Origin: an uncultured Rhodothermales bacterium
GTDB lineage: Bacteria; Bacteroidota; Rhodothermia; Rhodothermales; VXPQ01
Length of the DNA stretch: 64,000 nt
Assembly (NCBI GenBank): GCA_964608315.1
Contig: CAZSNF010000012.1
Location: forward strand, 31,718-95,717
Direction: 5' to 3'
In this document: piece after piece, positions 57,395-64,000 of the stretch
Layout: every line of letters starts with the position of its first letter
Position numbering within the stretch: the stretch's first letter is position 1
The notes under the pieces: model-generated
Seen by the model: the letters and a program-made list of their open reading frames with translations, nothing else
What the model was told of the DNA's origin: nothing
The model's database searches: none
Made by a program: the position numbers and the translations under genes

Positions 57395-60217
57395 ATGACA
57401 AACTCGCGGCAATGGCCCTACCCCGGTTCTTGCTGGTGGAAATTCGATTTTCACACGCATACGCCGGCTTCCCGTGATACCCACGCTTGGCAGCAGGCGG
57501 TTGGTACGGAGGACGAGGTTACGCCGGAAAAATGGTTGCTGAAATATATGGATGCCGAAATCGATTGTGTAGCGATTACTGACCACAATAGCGGTGCTTG
57601 GATTGATCCCCTTAAAGCTGCTTACGAGTCGATGAAAAGACAAGCCGATGATGGATCGCCACCAGAGGGATTTCGAGAACTGACGCTGTTTCCGGGGATT
57701 GAGATTTCGGTACAGGGAGGATTCCACCTACTCGCTATCTTGGACCCCAATTCCACTACCAGCGACATCGACACTTTAATCGGGAAGGTGGATTATACCG
57801 GGACCAAGGGAGACAGCGACGGGGTAACGCGCAAGGGTGCAGCCGAGGTGGTTTGTGAAGTCATGGATGCCGGAGGTGTTCCGATCCCGGCTCATGCTGA
57901 CCGGCAAGGTAATAGTGGTAAGGGCCTTCTTGCTGTACGTCCAGGTACCCGTCAACCCCAACTCGACCCCAACACGGTTCTCCAGGTGCTCGACACCGAA
58001 TGTTTATTGGCAATGGAATGGGAAGACATGGAACATCCGTCTCCTGCGCATGTCGAGAAACATCTCAAAAGGTTGGCGCGGGTACTCGGTAGTGATTCCC
58101 ACAATTTTCAAGGTGAGAATTTTCCCGGATCCCGTTACACTTGGGTCAAAATGGCAAAGCCCACACTTGAAGGGTTACGCCTTGCGCTTCTGGATGGCGA
58201 CGGAATTTCGATTCGGCGGAGCGATGATGAGGGAGAGTTCGATCCGTTCCGTAGGCCTGCACACTTCATCACCCGCATTGAGGTCGAAGAGGCGCACCTT
58301 ATGGGTTTGAGCATCCCAACACAACTTGCTACCACACCTTATTTTAACGCACTGATTGGCGGACGCGGTACCGGCAAGTCCACGATAGTTCATGCGTTAC
58401 GTCTCGCGTATCGGCGCGACAAAGAGTTACAGGATTTGGGCGAAGCAACAGAGCCCTATCGCCAGTTCAAAAGTTTTTCCCAACCAGTCAAGGGACGCAA
58501 TGGGGATGGCGGGCTGCGTGATTCCACGGAGATTCGCGTGGAGCTAATGCGCGACGATGTAGAGCACATTCTGCGTTGGCGACAAGATGGTGCCGGTAAT
58601 GTCGTTGAAGAGCGAGACGTGGATGGTCAGTGGAAGCCCACAGCGAGCCGAGAAGTCAATCCTGAGCGTTTTCCGATCCGGCTGTTTTCGCAGAGTCAGA
58701 TTGCGGCCATGGCGGGCGAAGGTCGACAGGGTTTGCTCTATGTCATTGATGACGCTGCTGGCGTTGCCGAATTACATCGCACTTTCGATGAGACGAAAAT
58801 CACCTATTTGGCACAACGCGCCAGACTGCGCGAACTGGATGAAAAATTAGACGGACGACCAGAGTTGGAACGCAAGCTCAATGACTTGAAACGTAAGCTC
58901 ACAGTGTTCACGCAGTCCGATCACGCGCAAGTTTTGAAAGCGCATGAGCAGGCACTGCGTCAACGTCGAGAGATTGATACGATTTTGGAACAATTGGGAG
59001 AAATGCCCGGACGCATCACGGCATTGGCAGAGGATATGCTACTCGACGATTGGCCGGATAGCGTTTTCGATGCCGCACAGGATGGCGATGTGCTTGCTTG
59101 GCGGAGCGAAACCGAGCAACTTGTAGCGGAAATGCGGGAGGCACTCAATCACACTGCTGACGCATTTGATAATAATGTGCAGAAGTTGCAAGCAGACGAA
59201 AGACTTCGCCAATGGCAGAAGCGTGCCGCAAAGGCCAAATCGGACTACGAAACCCTCCAAACGACACTCACCGATCAGGGCGTGACGGATCCGCAAGACT
59301 TTGGACGTTTGGTACAAGAGCGTCAGAGTCTCGAAGTGCAACTTAAGGGGTTGGATCAGTTGAAAAAGGATCGGGACCTTCTTTACAAAAACAACAAAAG
59401 GCAGGAACAACGAGTGCTTGAAGCACGCAAGGCTATCACGGCAGCACGTGCCGAGTTTGTTGCGGAAACGTTGGAGACCAACACCTTCGTGAAAATTGAG
59501 GTCGTCGGTTTTGGCTTCGAGCCTCGTCATATCGAGCAAAGCCTGCGTAGCATTATCGAGGTGACAGATGATCGTTTTGAACATGATATTCTGCGAGAGG
59601 ATGATGGCGAACCGGACGGCGGTTTGGCTTTTGACATAGCACAGGACGAAAATCGAGAAGCGGCCTTAGATGCTGCGAAGCAACAACTAATAGAAATCAG
59701 CGTCGATTTCCGCGGTCAATTTCGCAACTACCTCAAACGTAAGCACGAGAGGCCAGAGTTCTCCGATCACATCCGGTGCTGGTTCTCGGAGGATGATCTT
59801 CGGATTGAATACAGTCGCCAAGGGGATGGCAGCGATTGGACACCCATCACCCAAGGCTCGCAAGGGCAACGTTCAGCGGCACTGCTGGCGTTTCTGCTTG
59901 CATTCGGCGATGAACCCCTTGTATTGGATCAGCCCGAGGACGATTTGGACAATCACCTTATTTACGACCTGGTGGTACGACAGATTCGCGAGAACAAATT
60001 GCGGCGGCAACTGATCATAGTCACTCACAACCCCAATGTGTTGATTAACGGCGACGCAGAAATGGTCCATGCTTTCGACTTTAGAAGCGGCCAATGCCAA
60101 GTCATTGAGCAAGGCGCCCTACAAGAAGAAGAAGTCCGGGAAGAAGTTTGCCGGGTCATGGAGGGTGGACGGGAGGCATTCGCTCGGCGCTGGGAACGCT
60201 TGGGACGAGAGGTCTGA
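57395..60217 (+). CDS. PHP-domain phosphoesterase fused to an SMC/Rad50-like ABC ATPase (940 aa)
   Basis: PHP motifs: FDFHTHTPAS (aa 17-26), ITDHN (61-65), PAHAD (165-169), GSDSH (232-236). ATPase motifs: Walker A GGRGTGKST (322-330), signature-like GSQGQRSAAL (821-830), Walker B LVLDQPEDDLD (842-852), THNPN (877-881). A long charged coiled-coil-like insert lies between them. An SD-like GAAGAAGGA ends 9 nt upstream of the ATG. Confidence 0.85.
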   Translation: MTNSRQWPYPGSCWWKFDFHTHTPASRDTHAWQQAVGTEDEVTPEKWLLKYMDAEIDCVAITDHNSGAWIDPLKAAYESMKRQADDGSPPEGFRELTLFPGIEISVQGGFHLLAILDPNSTTSDIDTLIGKVDYTGTKGDSDGVTRKGAAEVVCEVMDAGGVPIPAHADRQGNSGKGLLAVRPGTRQPQLDPNTVLQVLDTECLLAMEWEDMEHPSPAHVEKHLKRLARVLGSDSHNFQGENFPGSRYTWVKMAKPTLEGLRLALLDGDGISIRRSDDEGEFDPFRRPAHFITRIEVEEAHLMGLSIPTQLATTPYFNALIGGRGTGKSTIVHALRLAYRRDKELQDLGEATEPYRQFKSFSQPVKGRNGDGGLRDSTEIRVELMRDDVEHILRWRQDGAGNVVEERDVDGQWKPTASREVNPERFPIRLFSQSQIAAMAGEGRQGLLYVIDDAAGVAELHRTFDETKITYLAQRARLRELDEKLDGRPELERKLNDLKRKLTVFTQSDHAQVLKAHEQALRQRREIDTILEQLGEMPGRITALAEDMLLDDWPDSVFDAAQDGDVLAWRSETEQLVAEMREALNHTADAFDNNVQKLQADERLRQWQKRAAKAKSDYETLQTTLTDQGVTDPQDFGRLVQERQSLEVQLKGLDQLKKDRDLLYKNNKRQEQRVLEARKAITAARAEFVAETLETNTFVKIEVVGFGFEPRHIEQSLRSIIEVTDDRFEHDILREDDGEPDGGLAFDIAQDENREAALDAAKQQLIEISVDFRGQFRNYLKRKHERPEFSDHIRCWFSEDDLRIEYSRQGDGSDWTPITQGSQGQRSAALLAFLLAFGDEPLVLDQPEDDLDNHLIYDLVVRQIRENKLRRQLIIVTHNPNVLINGDAEMVHAFDFRSGQCQVIEQGALQEEEVREEVCRVMEGGREAFARRWERLGREV

Positions 60218-60218
60218 T

Positions 60219-61481
60219 ATGTTTGCCACACGTAAAGAACTTCTGGAAAAGATTCGTTTGGGCGAAGGCAGCTTCCTTGAGCTGAAGGAAGTGCGTTTTG
60301 CCGGTAGCAAGATTCGTGGTCCAAAGAGAGATGATCTTGCCGATGAATTGGCGGCCTTCGCCAACAGTCATGGCGGGGTGCTGGTGCTCGGCGTAGATGA
60401 CAGAACGCGTGGAATTCTGGGGATTCCGGAACAGCATCTCACTGAGGTAGAGCGTTTTGTCCATCAGCTTTGCCATGATTCAATAGATCCGCCGATAGCA
60501 CCCATTATTGATCCGCTACTATTGCCGACGGCTACCGGAGAAGAAGTGGCCGTTATCAAAATCGATGTGCCTCGCAGTCTTTTCGTCCATCGCAGTCCCG
60601 GCGGTTTTTTGCACCGTGTCGGCAGCGCCAAGCGCGTTATGTCTTCCGAATATCTTGCCCGCTTGTTTCAGCAACGCAGTCAGGTCCGTATCATCCGTTT
60701 CGACGAGCAGGTCGTTCCCCACGCCAGCTTGCGTGACTTGCAGCCAGCCCTTTCGGAGAGATTTCGGACTTCTCGGTCTCACGATACGCCAGAAGCTCTT
60801 CTGTCCAAACTTCACATGGCTCGCATAGATGATGAAGGGGTATTGAGTCCGACGGTGGCGGGCGTATTGGTCGCTTCCCAGGACCCCCGGGAATGGCTAC
60901 CCAATGCTTATGTACAGGCGGTTTGCTATCGGGGAGTCAATATTCATACCGACCAAGCCACAGATCCGTATCAACTTGACGCGGACGATATTACAGGCCC
61001 GCTTGATATTCAGGTGGTGGAGGCTTGTCGCTTCGTTGCCAAGAACATGAAGGTAGCAGCCTTTAAACATATGGGTCGTCTGGATCGCCCGCAGTTTGAC
61101 ATGGAAGCGGTTTTTGAAGCGATAGTCAACGCAGTCGCCCATCGAGATTATTCCATTCACGGCTCAAAAATCAGGTTGCGGCTGTTCAGTGATCGTTTAG
61201 AGTTGTATTCCCCGGGTGCACTTTCCAATACGATGGCAGTTGAGGAATTGGCCTACCTGCAATCGGCAAGGAATGAGATTATCGCCAGTTTGCTTGCAAA
61301 ATGTCCGGTTCCGTCTGACGAAGCGTGGCTAAAGACTGATCGTAAAATGTTGATGGATAAGCGCGGGAACGGCGTACCTTTGATTTTGTCTCTGAGCGAA
61401 GCACTTTCCGGTCGCTTACCGGAGTACCGCCTGCTCGGCGAGGCGGAACTCATGCTGACGATTTGGGCTGCGGAGGCGTAG
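60219..61481 (+). CDS. Schlafen/AlbA_2-like N-terminal domain protein with a HATPase_c_4-like C-terminal domain (420 aa)
   Basis: ORF 60069..61481, trimmed to the ATG at 60219, 1 nt after the upstream TGA. N-terminus: LGEGSFLELKEVRF...LAAFANSHGGVLVLGVDD. C-terminus: FEAIVNAVAHRDYSIHGSKIRLRLFSDRLELYSPGAL. Such proteins are commonly annotated as RecG-like or putative transcriptional regulators. Confidence 0.85.
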   Translation: MFATRKELLEKIRLGEGSFLELKEVRFAGSKIRGPKRDDLADELAAFANSHGGVLVLGVDDRTRGILGIPEQHLTEVERFVHQLCHDSIDPPIAPIIDPLLLPTATGEEVAVIKIDVPRSLFVHRSPGGFLHRVGSAKRVMSSEYLARLFQQRSQVRIIRFDEQVVPHASLRDLQPALSERFRTSRSHDTPEALLSKLHMARIDDEGVLSPTVAGVLVASQDPREWLPNAYVQAVCYRGVNIHTDQATDPYQLDADDITGPLDIQVVEACRFVAKNMKVAAFKHMGRLDRPQFDMEAVFEAIVNAVAHRDYSIHGSKIRLRLFSDRLELYSPGALSNTMAVEELAYLQSARNEIIASLLAKCPVPSDEAWLKTDRKMLMDKRGNGVPLILSLSEALSGRLPEYRLLGEAELMLTIWAAEA

Positions 61482-61535
61482 GGATGAGGGCCTCCATGTG
61501 ATCTCGTCAACGTTTTCCGTCGCAGGGTGTCTACA

Positions 61536-61562
61536 TAATCTCCGCAAAAAATGCGGCGAATA
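61536..61562. repeat. R27 palindromic repeat, sixth copy, downstream of the two-gene operon
   Basis: TAATCTCCGCAAAAAATGCGGCGAATA lies 55 nt after the stop at 61481. It is identical to R1 except at one position. Confidence 0.85.
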
Positions 61563-61716
61563 GAGCGTTTTACCTTTGAAGGCATGGAGGCTACCTTGCT
61601 GGTATCCGTGCCTTTGGTTAGCCACTGATGAGGGGCTTATGCCATTGTGCAACCAGCTTCGGGTTTTTCAATGCAAGCCATGCCTATCTATCTGATATCA
61701 GCCATATAGCAGGACA

Positions 61717-62913
61717 ATGAATTCACCCATGCGCTCTTCAAAGATATCGCTCCTTATAGTCGCGGCTGTAATGGCTTATGGGGTGGTGGGTGTCTCGGCT
61801 CCAATGATTGCTCTTGCGCAGCCAGCACAGGTTCCTGTCACCCAGGAAACCAATACGCTAAGCGAGGCTTCGGGGGCTGACACGATAAGCGGTACGCAGA
61901 TGGCGTACGGCGATATCCAGCAGGGCTCTGATCGTTATTCCAACGCAGAAATCGACCACAGATTCAACGAGATACGACGCGAACTACTGGACGACCGGGC
62001 GAGCACTATCGAATGGTGGTTGGCTGCTGTTGGTGTGTTTTTGGCCTTTCTTGCTATCCTCGGCCTCTTTGGATTCAGGGAATTGTGGGAAATCAAAAAA
62101 GAAGCGCGGGAGGCCATTGCAAAAACACACGAAGCGACTGAAAAAGCGAAAGAAAGTGCCAATAAGGCCAGACGTCATGCCGAAGATGCTGAGAAGGACC
62201 AGGGGGTAATTACCGAGATGCGTCGGGATATGACCGCAGAAAGTGCCGCAGACAATCCGGCTATCGCACAACAGGCTGTGGATGTCAGCAAGGATCCCGC
62301 TGCATCACACATTGACAAAGCTATTGCCCGCGCTATTTCTCTCCAGAAAGAAGGAAAAATAGAGGAAGCTATAAAAATCTGGCAGGGCATTGCCGATGCC
62401 ATTACGGGAATCGCCAATGACCTTGCGGCCCGTGCTTGGTTTTCTGTTGGTTATCTGGAAAGTATTCGAGGTGATAAAGCAAACTATGAGGAAGTGATTT
62501 CGGCCTACAATCAAGCAATCCGTTTGGGCCTAAACTATGCCGCGGTCTATAATAACCGTGGCCTTGCCAAGGTTGAAATGGGCCAGTATAAAGATGCTAT
62601 TGATGATTACAATGAAGCAATTCATTTGGATCCATACGATGCCAAAACTTACACTAACCGTGGCATCGCGAAGGATGAACTCGGCCAATATAAAGCTGCC
62701 ATTACTGACTACGATGAAGCGATCCGTTTAGAACCATACGATGCCAAAATTTACTATAATCGTGGACTTGTCAAGAGAAGAATGGGCTGCTTAGCTGAAG
62801 CACGTATAGACTTCGAAAAAGCGTTCGAGATTGCGCAAGAGATCGGAAATAAAGAAGTTCTTGCCGCGGCAGAAAAGAATCTTCGCAAACTCGAAAACGG
62901 CGAGAATGCCTGA
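61717..62913 (+). CDS. TPR-repeat protein with an N-terminal signal/TM segment and an internal TM helix
   Basis: The 398-aa ORF has ISLLIVAAVMAYGVVGVSAPMIALA at the N-terminus, a TM helix WWLAAVGVFLAFLAILGLFGF and a charged helical region. It then has at least 4 TPR units (AIxxYNEAIRLxPxxAxxYxNRG). G+C is visibly lower here. Confidence 0.8.
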   Translation: MNSPMRSSKISLLIVAAVMAYGVVGVSAPMIALAQPAQVPVTQETNTLSEASGADTISGTQMAYGDIQQGSDRYSNAEIDHRFNEIRRELLDDRASTIEWWLAAVGVFLAFLAILGLFGFRELWEIKKEAREAIAKTHEATEKAKESANKARRHAEDAEKDQGVITEMRRDMTAESAADNPAIAQQAVDVSKDPAASHIDKAIARAISLQKEGKIEEAIKIWQGIADAITGIANDLAARAWFSVGYLESIRGDKANYEEVISAYNQAIRLGLNYAAVYNNRGLAKVEMGQYKDAIDDYNEAIHLDPYDAKTYTNRGIAKDELGQYKAAITDYDEAIRLEPYDAKIYYNRGLVKRRMGCLAEARIDFEKAFEIAQEIGNKEVLAAAEKNLRKLENGENA

Positions 62914-62942
62914 CTCCATCACCTAACTATTCACCCCCCCCC

Positions 62943-64000
62943 ATGCGCATCGCCATCCTTACCAACGAATACCCCCCGCACGTTTACGGCGGCGCGGGCG
63001 TTCATGTCGAGTATCTCGTGAAAGAACTCCTTGCGGTGGACGGGGGCGCACACGAGGTACATGTGTGCTGCTTCGGGGACCAGCGCGAAGAACGGGACAG
63101 GCTGCGCGTACATGGAGTCGAGGCGGGCGCGGACCTTCCGAGGACGGACCCCCGCCACGCAGGCTTCCTCGAAACGATGGTGCGCAACGTCCGCATGGCC
63201 GGGCTGGTTGACGGCGTCGATATCGTGCATTGCCATACCTGGTATGCGCATTTTGCAGGATGCCTGGTTCGCCGCCTGGACGGCGCCCGCCTGGTGCTGA
63301 CCACCCATTCGCTGGAGCCGCATCGGCCCTGGAAGGTGGAGCAACTGGGAAGCGCCTACTACGCCAGTTCCTGGATCGAAGAGACGGCGTACCGGAACGC
63401 CGACGGCGTGGTGGCCGTGTCCGACGCCATGCGCCAGGACGTGATGGCGCTCTACGACGTGCCGGAAAACAAAGTGCGCGTGATTCCGAACGGCATCGAC
63501 CCGGACGAATACCGGCCCATGGAGCGGCCCGAAATCCTGCGGAAACACGGCGTCGATCCTGCCAAACCGTTCGTACTGTTCGTGGGGCGCATTACCCGGC
63601 AAAAAGGAATCGTTCACCTGGTGAACGCCATCGAACATCTGCGCGAAGGGGCGCAGGTCGTGCTGTGCGCCGGGGCGCCGGATACGGAGGAGATTGCCCG
63701 GGAAATGGAGGAGGCGGTCGCCGCAGCCCGGTCCGCCGGGCGCCGCGATATCGTCTGGATCGCCGATATGCTTCCGCGCGAAGAGACCATCGCCCTGTAC
63801 GCGGGGGCCGACGTGTTCGTGTGCCCCTCGGTGTACGAGCCGTTCGGGATCATCAATCTCGAAGCGATGGCTTGCGAAACGGTCGTGGTCGCTTCCGCCG
63901 TGGGAGGCATACCGGGGATTGTGGTGGATGGAGAAACGGGCGTGCTCGTGCCGCTCGAAGCGCGGGGCGCCGCCGATTTCGAGCCGAAGGACGCGGGGCG
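62943..64000 (+). CDS. glycosyltransferase family 4, glycogen-synthase-like (partial; runs off the window)
   Basis: Own translation from the ATG at 62943: MRIAILTNEYPPHVYGGAGVHVEYLVKEL...FVGRITRQKG...PSVYEPFGIINLEAMACETVVVASAVGGIPGIVVDGETG. These are GT4 signatures. It resembles the actinobacterial-type GlgA as I remember it. Confidence 0.8.
   Translation, partial: MRIAILTNEYPPHVYGGAGVHVEYLVKELLAVDGGAHEVHVCCFGDQREERDRLRVHGVEAGADLPRTDPRHAGFLETMVRNVRMAGLVDGVDIVHCHTWYAHFAGCLVRRLDGARLVLTTHSLEPHRPWKVEQLGSAYYASSWIEETAYRNADGVVAVSDAMRQDVMALYDVPENKVRVIPNGIDPDEYRPMERPEILRKHGVDPAKPFVLFVGRITRQKGIVHLVNAIEHLREGAQVVLCAGAPDTEEIAREMEEAVAAARSAGRRDIVWIADMLPREETIALYAGADVFVCPSVYEPFGIINLEAMACETVVVASAVGGIPGIVVDGETGVLVPLEARGAADFEPKDAG

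Noticed and set aside
57044-57727. 227-aa minus-strand ORF overlapping the 5' end of the PHP-ATPase gene.
   Set aside because: It is antisense to a well-supported CDS. It ends in the repeat-derived peptide YSPHFLR that also appears in other spurious ORFs (56643..56840, 61416..61652). It is an artefact of the R27 repeats.
62928-62935. TATTCACC next to the glgA-like start, as a possible R27 half-site marking the right island boundary.
   Set aside because: It is only an 8-mer match without the CCGCA core or its dyad partner, so it is easily a chance match.

Overview
High-G+C (about 60-65% by eye) bacterial chromosome segment. The rpmB-rpmG-DUF4295 cluster, several T9SS C-terminal sorting domains and a TonB-dependent receptor with a CarboxypepD_reg-like N-terminus suggest a Bacteroidota/Rhodothermota-type organism; this is inference only. 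About 54 kb is core housekeeping. It holds the yceD-rpmF-plsX-fabHDG operon, dnaA-dnaN, rplM-rpsI, rpsB-tsf-pyrH-frr, yicC-gmk-rpoZ-coaBC, dnaB and four tRNAs. It also holds rpmB/rpmG, lolE, ychF, nusB, comEC, pgi, recJ, fabF-acpP, metK, ahcY, ruvB and rpoN. Four things stand out. (1) An accessory island of about 8.9 kb with lower G+C lies between rpoN and a glgA-like gene (54.0-62.9 kb). It carries a RelE/ParE-HigA-like toxin-antitoxin pair, an orphan gamma-class N6-adenine methyltransferase and a cluster of 27-bp palindromic repeats. Its main cargo is a translationally coupled gene pair: a PHP phosphoesterase fused to an SMC/Rad50-like ABC ATPase (940 aa), then a Schlafen(AlbA_2)/HATPase_c_4 protein (420 aa). 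This pair is my best candidate for an undescribed defence module. (2) A modular MITE/REP-like palindromic element family (GGATACTCTGAT... termini) occupies about 15 intergenic loci. Copies show compensatory changes in three stems, and element ends supply one start codon and two stop codons to neighbouring genes. (3) There are two separate DnaA-box clusters, one upstream of dnaA and a denser one with an AT-rich tract 24 kb away. (4) The dnaA ORF has no recognisable domain I and no ATG start. All calls come from reading the sequence and the ORF track; no database searches were run. The ORF track translates GTG/TTG starts as M, so several starts were moved to internal ATGs.
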